Shown here: positions 1-8,999 of the stretch, piece by piece | How the letters are laid out: every line of letters begins with the position of its first letter | Numbering within the stretch: the stretch's first letter is position 1 | Assembly (NCBI GenBank): GCA_000934665.2 | Contig: JYFJ02002727.1 | Location: 1 to 51,935 of the forward strand | Direction of reading: 5' to 3' | DNA: 51,935 nucleotides | From: Catajapyx aquilonaris | Lineage: Eukaryota | The notes under the pieces: model-generated | Seen by the model: the letters and a program-made list of their open reading frames with translations, nothing else | Databases searched by the model: none | Told to the model about the DNA's origin: nothing | Translations under genes and position numbers: made by a program

Positions 1-1132
1 ACCTTTCTTAAATAGGTAGGTCAAGCATGACATGGCGCTTATTTTAACACGTGTAAATTTAAAATTGCCCAGTGTCACATAAGAGGGAAAAAATGACCAA
101 ATGATGGAAAAACGGACATGTCAGGATTTATTATTTCCAAGATAGAATAGAGGTTTGTGATGTTTTCTTTCTCCAGGGGTAATGAGTAGATGACCATGAT
201 TGTAGGCCTACTCACCACATTAATTTCATACTCTTAGCATGCGGTTAACAATTTCATTGGACCACCTGCTGAAATGTGTCCTTTTTGCACAACAATGGGA
301 ATTTCTTAGTCATTTTACGCTCTAGGCTAAAACCGTTGCGTTGCCTCCAAAATGTCCATCTCACGCCCGTTCATATAACTTACGTACTATAATATATGGG
401 GGTTACAACAATACAAATTCTGAGATGACCGAGCCACCAACTTGGATGGACGCCTTGTCATAGAATGAAGGCGCTATACTGTATTTTACATCTCGGACCC
501 TAATACGAGGGCGAATATGAATCTTGCACCACTGAAGGGATATGACCTGCCAAAATGACGCGTAATTTTAATTGTAGAATATTTGTTGGAGGTTATCTGC
601 GAGTTCGGCGTTACCTTGTAGAATATTAAGCCCCATTTTGCATGTATGTAGGACGCACAATAATTATTAGAGAAATTATTATCGGGTTATTGTAAACATC
701 AGAATGGAAAAGTTCCCATTTTTTTACCTCGCTCATTTCTCGTGACCTATAACTTAGCGGTTATCTGGTTTGAAAAATATGTCCCTGTGACTAGACAAAA
801 TACGATCCTGAGTGCCAAATTTCGATTTTCTATTTTTTAAAATGTCGGGTGAACATAGTTGTATGATCTCACATGGAATTACCCAAACTATACTCGTCGA
901 AATAAGTTCTCAAACAGCGACCCAGACCGTGCGGCCACTTGCGGGACTGTGCGGCCAAGGGACCGCGGCCGTGACCGGTGAGCAGAGTGTTGTGGATTCC
1001 GGAACATCGCCAAATAAACATGTCCGTAACCCGGCAGCGCCCAGGATTACCAACACATAAGCACAATAGCACATAAACAGTCGCGACATTACTTTTGCGG
1101 TCAATAGTACATCTTAATGCAACCCAACTAAC

Positions 1133-1594
1133 CTTCAATGTAGGCATCCTCTGGGTGAGCTGAACCTGCTTCCCAGTGACATCCACAGTCCTCCCCTCAT
1201 CATCCAAAATAAGTGGAGTTGGCTTAGATTGCATTGGGGGTTTTACCACTGCCCCTGCCGCACCAGGTTGTGCATTGGCCACAGCAGACAAGTTGACATT
1301 GGCAAGAAGTCCAGAAGTGAGCTTGGATTGGATTTGGGCTTGCAGTTCAGCTATCTTGCGAGCCTTTTCACCTCCTGGCATAATCCCATCACCAATGTCA
1401 GTGTAATGTGTGGACATCAGAGGAGGGATGGACATCAGTGGTGGTATAGAGGAACGAAGGGACCCATTCTGTGATTGTTGGTGATGGAGCCCAGCAGGGG
1501 GAAGTTGAGGTCCCGGTTGCTGCTGCGTGGATTGCATCAACGCACGTTTTCGTTCTTCTATCATGCGCTGGGCATTAGCCATCATTTCTTTGAT
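1133..1594 (-). CDS. PRPF3: PRPF3 coding exon 3
   Basis: TTCCAG acceptor; IKEMMANAQRMIEERK...RMPTLK; AAG|GTTAGT donor; 462 nt. Confidence 0.92.
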
Positions 1595-2782
1595 CTGGAA
1601 ATAAAAATGAGAATTCAATTGGAATTTTTTCCCTAGCTATCTCCAACCCTCACAGCCCGCTTTTGATAAAACCCCAGTTCTTTCGGAAAATCCCTGCAAA
1701 TAGAATAGGGCAGTGCTTCCCAAATTTGGGGTCGCGAGGGAGGGTAACAAATTATTTTCACAAAATGATGCTATCTTTCTTGAAAATCATGACCATAAGG
1801 TAAGGTTGGGTAAGGTCATTTCACTGTTTACCTGTGTTTTCATGTTGGCGGATCGAACTGTGCACATACAGGGGGGTGGCAAATTTTACAAGACGCTTTT
1901 TTGGGGTCGGCAACGAAAGAAATGGGAAGCACTGGAATAGGGATTTTCTGAAAAAACCGGGCTTGGTGAAACCTGCCCTTAGCCACTAATTGAAATTGGC
2001 AAGTGAAAACATACATAAAAACTTTTTTATTAACCTGCATTGCTGTCAGTTGCCCTGGACTTGGCTGTCCAGGTGCTGGAATACTGGTGGCCTCTTCTTC
2101 TTCATGCTGCTGTTGCTTCACTTTGGGAGTCTTCTTTTGTGGCTCTTTCTCCTCACCTCCCCCTCCACCCACCCCACCACCCTTCTCCTCTTCCCTGTGC
2201 CTCTTTCTATGGGGAGTTGGAGGGGTGGTAGCAGCAGTCTGCCTGGCCTCCTCCACCAGGTCAAATATACGTTCTGCAAGACGAGCTGCCTTCTGGTCAT
2301 CGAGCAGGGAAGCTAGCTTGTCTGAAAGAAGGTTAAAAGTTCTGGAGTCAGTTCCAGTGAAAAGCTCACAGTAAGGTGGACACTAAGCAACTCCAAGAGG
2401 TAATTGAGCATCTGAAATGTTGCTCTTAATAAAGCCATTAACCTGTGTAAAAATCATGCAACTCTTCTAAAAATGAAATCTAAAAAGTTTTCTATATACA
2501 ACAGTGACAGAAAAAATCATAAAAGGTGGACTCCTGCCTATAGTACACCTGCTCGTGACAAATATATTAGTAGTCATGCCTACTTAATTTTTAATGTATT
2601 ATTGCACAACTAAATGCTATTATAGGCATTTTACCTGTAGTTTTCCGACGATCATATCCAGAGTTGAGGCAATTTAGGGCTGCAGTGACCAACGATGGTT
2701 CGCTGAACCCCAGAAACTTCTGTACAGTGCGATCCAGGTAGGGTTTGATGTCTTCTAGGTCTTTCTTTGAAAGGGTTGCCAT
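1133..2782 (-). CDS. PRPF3: U4/U6 small nuclear ribonucleoprotein Prp3 (PRPF3), 5' part; coding exons 2782-2635, 2321-2035, 1594-1133; continues beyond left edge
   Basis: Spliced translation MATLSKKDLEDIKPYLDRTVQKFLGFSEPSLVTAALNC (PWI domain)...DKLASLLDDQKAARLAERIFDLVEE...QIKEMMANAQRMIEERKRAL...KARKIAELQAQIQSKL...KPTPLILDDEGRTVDVTGKQVQLTQRMPTLK, recognisable as Prp3 N-terminal motifs; all introns GT-AG and phases consistent. Confidence 0.93.
1711..1934. mobile_element. hAT-type MITE (224 bp) in PRPF3 intron
   Basis: 12-bp TIRs CAGTGCTTCCCA / TGGGAAGCACTG and a perfect 8-bp TSD GAATAGGG (1703-1710, 1935-1942), the TSD length typical of hAT. Confidence 0.9.
2035..2321 (-). CDS. PRPF3: PRPF3 coding exon 2
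   Basis: TTTCAG acceptor; DKLASLLDD...PGQLTAMQ; CAG|GTTA donor; 287 nt restores frame. Confidence 0.9.
2635..2782 (-). CDS. PRPF3: PRPF3 coding exon 1 (PWI domain start)
   Basis: ATG at 2782-2780; donor G|GTAA after 2635; 148 nt, phase 1. Confidence 0.92.
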
Positions 2783-2959
2783 CGCAGCTGTGTCAGATCA
2801 ATCAACACTCTAGAAGTCAGAAATAAGTACTAGTTGAAACAAAATTTTCATTACAGTTTGAAAGTATCCATTTTCAGCATTCTTCAATGCTTCCTTTCAC
2901 ATGAATATTTCCCTTATATAATAAAAAATAAAACGTTCAATACTCTGTTATCCAGGGGC

Positions 2960-3163
2960 TTGTGGCCTCTTTCAAACACCCACCCAACTTTATCCAACTG
3001 CTGCTGAATTTGAATTGTGGGAGGAAACAGGAGAATCCAACAAAACCTGGGACCTAAACATGGAAGAAACCCTTTCCACATGAGAATCCCCTGTCAGACT
3101 TGAGGATTGAACTCAGTAGTTAGATGGAAGGTGGTGGTGCTAACCATTACTCCACTGTGCTGC
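2960..3163 (-). mobile_element. Old, diverged tRNA-derived SINE (V-SINE-like core)
   Basis: Minus strand reads GCAGCACAGTGGAGTAATGGTTAGCACC (A box), GAGTTCAATCC (B box), then GGTTTTGTTGGATTCTCCTGTTTCCTCCCACA, resembling the V-domain core; no TSD; 3' boundary approximate. Confidence 0.55.
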
Positions 3164-3209
3164 ATACCCTTTATATGCACATCATTTTTGATTATACAGT
3201 CAATTTGGT

Positions 3210-3319
3210 ATGTACTATATCGCTCAAAAAGATAGAGACGATTGGCATTTGATTCAAGTGCAAGTTGCACTTGGGTCAAATGCAAAATCGTCTCTATCTT
3301 TTTGGGCGATATAGTACAT
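3210..3319. repeat. ~110-bp near-perfect palindrome, probably a Tc1/mariner-derived mini-MITE
   Basis: ATGTACTATATCGCTCAAAAAGATAGAGACGATT...CAAGTGCAA-G-TTGCACTTG...AATCGTCTCTATCTTTTTGGGCGATATAGTACAT; TA-bounded ends. Confidence 0.85.
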
Positions 3320-3353
3320 TACCTACACCTGTCCTGCACTTTTGGCATTAATC

Positions 3354-3643
3354 TACCGAAGCAGGTTGGCATAGTGGATAAGGCGTCCGACTGCTAATCG
3401 AGAGGTCCTGGGTTCGAATCCCGGGGCCGGCAACTCTGACCGTGGTTTTCTGTGGTTTCCCACGGTCCTTCCAGGGAAATTCCGGAGCTGCTTCCGTAAT
3501 TAAAAGGCCACAGCCGCTTCCTTCCGTCCCTATCCTATCCCAAAGAGCACAGTAAAATGAAAGCAAAGAGTTCCAGGCAAAACAAACTTCCCCCCTAAAG
3601 AGCCGATGGCTGATAACGGGGTATGAATTATTATTATTATTAT
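3354..3643 (+). mobile_element. Young tRNA-derived SINE (family A) with 15-bp TSD
   Basis: A box TGGCATAGTGG (3367-3377), B box GGTTCGAATCC (3411-3421), body GGTTTTCTGTGGTTTCCC...AAAAGGCCACAGCCGCTTCCTTCC (reminiscent of Lm1/Talua-type insect SINEs), (ATT)n tail, TSD CTTTTGGCATTAATC at 3339-3353 and 3644-3658. Confidence 0.9.
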
Positions 3644-3752
3644 CTTTTGGCATTAATCATTCCCTTAGCAGTTCCTCCCTAAGAGCCAAACAGTATCTGG
3701 AGGATTTGTATTTGTTTGGGATCCGACTGGCCTGTCACTGGCAGGCACTCAC

Positions 3753-4640
3753 CAACCACCCTCCCTGCGTGTCTATTCTTCGCCCCTCGGCGAGTGCACA
3801 GTGCACACGCCACTCAGAGTCAGTTCACCGTGGCCAGCCAGGCTTCTAACCTACAAGTTCCGCAGTGGAGTCCCTAGGATTATAGGGGTTGCTCTTACGA
3901 CGAGTGTCCAACTGGTGGGAGGGTGCCTGTCCAGCGGTTCCAGGTGGAGGCCAGCCAGCGACGCAGTGAGGCGGAGAAGAGGGTACGACGCCGACGACGA
4001 TTGTCCGTCGGCCGTTTTGTTCTCTCTCTTAGCGATCGAGCCAACACGGATCTCGGTAGTTCCACCTAGTGGTCTGTCGGTACCATCGATGCAAAGGGGA
4101 GGGAGGAGTGAAGGGGCGGGGTGGTAGGGGGGGGTGTGTGTGTGTGTGAACAAATGAACATCTGCTTGTTAGAAAAGTGCGCGCGGAATGCGATTTGAGA
4201 GTGTGCAGCACATCCCTGGCAGTGGGGCCTGCATGGGGCTTCGCGAACCGACCTTGGCATGACATATGCCACCAGCTACCAGCAGCCACCTAAGGCCAAG
4301 ATTATTATTGTGCCACACTGCCACTCTCCCCTCCCCCCGGCGCCGCGGCGCTGGCGCGGAGCAGAATTCCCGCCATCATGCAGCAGCGCAGTACAGTGCT
4401 GCTCCGATGCCCGTCTTCGGAAGTTCGGAGGGCAGCACCTGCCTTGAGCACCTGCTGACCTGCGACCTGCAGCAGGACGACCGTGGCACGACCACCGGAC
4501 CGGAGGACCGGACCACGACCTGTATATTGCGTAAGTGAGCGTAAGTGCATAGTGCACCTGGCAGGCCGTCCCCTCCGGTCCCCTCCCACGCTGGCACTGA
4601 CACTCGACTCTTCTGCGAGTCTTCCGTCGCAGGGCTGAAT
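3753..4640. promoter_or_regulatory. GC/CpG-rich block; probable PRPF3 promoter and non-coding first exon, possibly bidirectional
   Basis: CpG-dense island flanked by CpG-poor DNA; minus-strand donor TTG|GTGAGT at 3753 could splice to an AG acceptor at ~2810 just upstream of the PRPF3 ATG; Motif1-like TGCCACACTG at 4311-4320; plus-strand GTAAGT donors at 4531 and 4541. Confidence 0.55.
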
Positions 4641-4937
4641 TGTCTTGTAAAATGCAAGTAAATCGTGATGGTATGTATCAATATATATGGTGTGTGCACA
4701 GCTTTGGTAGGATGCGTCAGACCATTGGTGAGAAGAGGCAGATGAGAACCAACAAGAAGCTGGTACTGGTAATGGTGAATCATGCTCCGTACTTGTACTT
4801 GTTTGTTGTTTTTCTGGTGAAGCAGGTCTAGAATTCCAGAGCACCAGTACAGTACAACCATGAACAATGATGCTACGTACATTTCATAATTTAGATTGCA
4901 TCCGGAGATCACATCTCCATATAAGTTCACATATCAC

Positions 4938-5189
4938 CAGCGGCGTAGCCAGGAAATTTGTATGGGGGGGGGGGGGNGGTTTCTGTGAGGGTAGAACGAA
5001 GAGGCCCGCCGCAGGCGAAATATTTTTTGCTGTTCAAGCTCACATAAGCTACAATATTTGCGCATGTGCGTTTTAACACCTTAAAATTGCGGATTGGAAC
5101 TATATTTTTTGGGTCACAGACTCTTGTTCATCAAGTTGGTATTCGAGAAGAACCAAACACACCCTTCCCCTGTGCAACCACCCATACTG
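4938..5189. mobile_element. Degenerate hAT-like MITE
   Basis: Starts CAGCGGCGTAGCCAGG followed by a G-run; ends with a C-rich tract and CTG; right TIR decayed, no clear TSD. Confidence 0.45.
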
Positions 5190-5281
5190 CCTTTTCTCCC
5201 CCTCAATCTCAGGTGATCAACAAAGCATACATCATTTTTGTCAGCTAAGATGTGATCTAAATGATGAAACATGTTGTAGTA

Positions 5282-5950
5282 TGCAGGTACACCTGGATGT
5301 ACGAAACAACTCGTTTCCTCAGAGAGACATACATTGATACATACATGTGTAGGCTATTATCAGAATGCAGTTGATATCCAACAAGTCCAAAGCAACGATT
5401 TGACTTTGAACCTCCAGAAACATGTGGCGTAAAGGAAAAGGCGTAAAACGAAACAAAATTATAATGTAAAAGTAAATGAGATAGATTTAAAAATTTTCAA
5501 AATTTACCCGCAAACAATCCTAATATTGCTGTTTTTAATGCACAGTATTTGAAGCATTTAATTCACATGTTTAATAAGAGGTTCCAGGTTGAGGGTCATC
5601 AGGTTCTTTCCCTTCTTGGCAAGAACTGAAGTACACCAAGAGCTCTTGAGTACACGTAATGCATTGTAACAACGGATACAGTGCAGTGCTTCGGAGAGGG
5701 CTGAGACCAACAATACAACTCTGTATTTAACTATAAACTCTGCCACAATGCACCACGAAAAATAACAAAATGACCAATATTGCAGGGTGTTGGGATTCAG
5801 AAGTGCTGTAAGGATGTGCTTATGTGTAGATTGTTTTGTTATTTTCAAATTTTCCTATGAATTTTTTTTAGAAGGTAATTTTGAAACAGGCATTAATATT
5901 TAATGTGAAAAGGCATAAAATGAAGTGGCATAAAATGAGGAGTACTTGTA
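5282..5950. mobile_element. Tigger/pogo-like non-autonomous element
   Basis: Left end TGCAGGTACACCTGGATGTACG is an imperfect inverted match to right end CATAAAATGAGGAGTACTTGTA; subterminal GGC(G/A)TAAAA repeats. Confidence 0.45.
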
Positions 5951-6650
5951 TGTGGTTCCAGTACAGTGGTGCACCCCTTCACTACAGAGACATGTTCAAC
6001 AGTGATTGGACCAAACCCGTCATGACCCATGGCCTTGTACATTGCGGCTCATGACATGGCCTGCCAGATCTCGTCATAAATCCATTGGATTTTTCTTGCA
6101 GGGGCATCTCAACGAGTTGATGTACATGTTAAAATAATAGTATCTTCTCTCAAATTGCTATGACCAGGCAGAGGATCTGATATGGCACAGAATATGGCAT
6201 TGCACCAGATGAATTCAGATAAGAAAAGGCTACTTTTGAATCGGTGGGACCTGAATGTTGTATAGTACTTACTTGTTAGTGTACATGAATGGATATTTTA
6301 TCATCATTATAATTTTGTGAAAGTTTGTAGATGAAAGGAATTTGACATGGAATTTCTGATGAGCTTCTAACTTGGTGGACAACAAAAAATGGCAAAAATG
6401 GGCCTTGATATGTCAAGCAGTTGGACATTTGTGGCATTTGCTATGTCTCAACAAAATGTCATGTATTGTTTTTCAAAGGTAGTCACACACTTGTTACACT
6501 GCCCTCTGGAAGGAGTAACGCTAAAATGTCATGTGTTTAGAGTGAATACCGTGTCTGAATTTCACCTTCAAAAATTCCACACGTTATGTTTGAATGGATT
6601 TGAACAGTATAAGATTCTAAATTTTGAACAATTATTGTGAAGTGTATCCT
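5951..6650 (+). pseudogene. Tc1/mariner transposase relic (C-terminal catalytic part)
   Basis: Broken frames give WFQYSGAPLHY (cf. WFQQDGAPPH), WPARS...FFLQGHLNELMY (cf. WPPRSPDLNPLDFFLWGYLK) and a terminal FEQLL*. Confidence 0.7.
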
Positions 6651-6793
6651 ATCTCTATGAATAAACTTGATTTTCATCTGCAAAACTTGCGAGGGATGTT
6701 ATTTTGAATGAGTTTATATACAAACATTTTCTTTTTATTTTGCTCAATATGTATTTCCAGGTTGCAGTTGCAGAGATCCAAGACAGCTGTAAT

Positions 6794-6972
6794 CAGGCCC
6801 GGATTTACAGCAAGGCAACCTAGGCAGTTGCCTAGGGCGGCAGATTTCAAGGGGTGGAAAATTTAGGCATACACCAATAATAAGTAAATGAAGAATTAAT
6901 AATAAATAATTACAGGATTGGAAGCAGCGCTGGATTTACCATATGGCAGAGTGGGCAGTTGCCAAGGGGTGG
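6794..6972 (+). mobile_element. Two tandem hAT-MITE-like 5' termini
   Basis: CAGGCCCGGATTTACAGCAAGGCAACCTAGGCAGTTGCCTAGGGCGGC (6794) and related CAGCGCTGGATTTACCATATGGCAGAGTGGGCAGTTGCCAAGGGGTGGC (6925); matching right ends not found. Confidence 0.5.
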
Positions 6973-7041
6973 CCGTGAGTTGCAATAAATATTGATATGT
7001 ATTGCAACTCACGGCCTATTTGAAAGATCTTTCAAATAGGC
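6971..7041. repeat. Two overlapping palindromes
   Basis: 17-bp perfect arms GGCCGTGAGTTGCAATA/TATTGCAACTCACGGCC (6971-7016) and a perfect 28-bp palindrome GCCTATTTGAAAGATCTTTCAAATAGGC (7014-7041). Confidence 0.9.
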
Positions 7042-7049
7042 TACAATAA

Positions 7050-7280
7050 TCCCTATTATTATAAACGAGAGTGGATGTACAGTACGTATAACGTATGTAA
7101 GTAAGTAAGTGTTTAATACTGTTCGGGATAATCCCATATACAGTGTATAACGTATGTATATTTATCACGCCTAACGCGGAAGGGAATTTTGTCTCCCCTT
7201 CAGAGAAAATCCCTGTTCATAACGGAAATCAAACTTGTTCACATTATATCCTGTAAGTCACAAAATTAGAAAACTATACA
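7050..7280 (+). mobile_element. Non-autonomous Helitron-like 5' fragment
   Basis: A|TCCCTATTATTATAAACGAGAG start followed by GTAT/GTAA microsatellite-like tract, as in insect non-autonomous Helitrons; 3' CTRR hairpin end not identified. Confidence 0.4.
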
Positions 7281-7289
7281 GCCGGGTTC

Positions 7290-7900
7290 ACTCTTGGCCC
7301 TCCCAGGAGGCCTCTGAGTAACACTTTTGGGACTGTCCGACATCATAGTGTGTCTCATAATTGCTGATATTGCTGATAATTGGGATGAAATCTGACGATG
7401 GCCTTGAAGATATTGGTGAGGAAAGGGAACTACAGTATTTCTGGTTGGAAAATGAAGAGACATCTTGCAGTGGGGCCAAGAAGAATGCAACTCATGATTC
7501 ATATAGGTGCCCTGCCTTCAAGTTTAGTTCATGTTCAGTCCAGTTTTAAAATGCTGAGGAAGAGGAGAGGGTTGACACAGCCTCAATGTATTGCCTGTTT
7601 CATGACCGATGGTATATCAATAGAGCGCAGCCCAAAACTGGTGTGGCAAAGTTTAGTGAACTTCAAATGGGTGGCTGGAAAGTTTCCCCAGGAGGCACAA
7701 AATTTCATGGAAAACAGCGTGGTGATGCAATTGTCATGAATCTCGAAGTAGAATATTGGAAGTAGGTGGGAAGCGTTTGTTCGGGTTTGTTCGGGGTATT
7801 CCAAAGATGACATTTACAAATGAAACTGCTCCCCTAATTTTAAAGATGTTCTGTATGCAAGGAAAAACCGTAGGGTAAAATATACTATTCCACAGATATG
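7290..7900 (+). pseudogene. Tigger/pogo (CENP-B-like) transposase relic
   Basis: Frameshifted motifs SNGWLESFPRRHKISWKT (~7663-7716; cf. SNGWLEKFKKRHNI), RGDA...EYWK and GYSKDDIY-(frameshift)-NETA (cf. Y..EDIYNADETGL). Confidence 0.65.
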
Positions 7901-8019
7901 CTACTTTATGGACTGATTTTGCACCATACTGCTGAGGTTTTAGGTGCTTATTTTTGATCTCCCCATTTTCCTCTCTTTCTCACCGGCAAAAAATATTAGT
8001 AAAGTCCTTTATCTGAATA

Positions 8020-8100
8020 CAGTGGAAACCAGGCAGAAACCTATCCATTATGGAAAAACTTTAGGGTCCCGTGAGATTCTGCAATGCACAGGTTTCACTG
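8020..8100. mobile_element. Tigger-like mini element / terminus
   Basis: TA-CAGTGGAAACC ... GGTCCC ... AGGTTTCACTG inverted ends. Confidence 0.55.
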
Positions 8101-8999
8101 CATATGCGTCGATTCCTGTAACCAAGGCGTGATTGGCCTCCTCAGAGGAGAGTATAATGTATAGCTTGTGCTTTATTTAGCTGCCATGCATATGAGGGTG
8201 GAATGGTGCAGACTCTCGGATGGCATCAACTTGGAACTCCTGAGCTCGAAAATTCAGAGGATGTCGTGCTTACACTACCATTAGGTTTGGGAGACTGGCC
8301 TTGAAACTTTTAATCCCTAATTAGGTGAAAATCAACTTTTGAGGAGAATAAGGAAAGGCAGAGGGAGCCTGGGGCAGTGTCATATGATGTACTTACTGGG
8401 AAAAGGTTATTATTCTGGAAGGTATATGATACAGCATTAGTTGTAATTAGTCACTGGTTATGTTACAGTTGTTTAAAGCTACTTACTGGCGAGTTACTAA
8501 AAGCAATGGATTAAGGTACTGCTAACGTGGGTGTGTGGGTTTTCCCCATAAAATACTACCCACAAGTCACCACGAGTCACAAGATATGATACAGTATTTA
8601 CAGCAAGAAAGGCAGTGTTTTCTCATTGCATTTTCTGTGTTGTACAGTTCAGATTAGTGGATAGGTAGCTTAAGAGGATATATTTCAGAGCACTCTTCTA
8701 AATGCCAACTGACAACTGAGCCATGCATGTTACACAACCTTGTGAAGATTCCAGTGAACACCACAGGTTATTTCTTTCGAAATGATTTATTAAGTAAAAC
8801 TGATACTACGTGTAAAAGTAAAATACTGAGACTTAGCTCATAAAAAATAGCGTCACATAATATTACGATTTCATGTGAGGGAAATTACAAAACCTAAGTG
8901 AACACCAAATACCAGCCATAATGTGGCAGACTTTCCAATGATAGACTAGATTTTCAGTAAACACCCTAGGCTCAGTGAGCGTTATTTTATTTCTGACTG

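Noticed and set aside
869..1132. 3' extension of the 249-aa ORF 869-1618
   Set aside because: Read-through past the AAG|GTTAGT donor; Prp3 similarity stops at MPTLK
3361..3432. tRNA-Ser(GCT) gene
   Set aside because: Imperfect acceptor and anticodon stems, no long variable arm, and followed by a SINE body, tail and TSD; it is a SINE head
3801..4930. Many overlapping 60-184 aa ORFs
   Set aside because: Expected in GC-rich DNA on both strands; no recognisable domain
4963..4979. Poly-G with N (also poly-C with N at ~13044-13069) as G-quadruplex elements
   Set aside because: Homopolymers with ambiguous bases; length unreliable, and the first is part of a MITE
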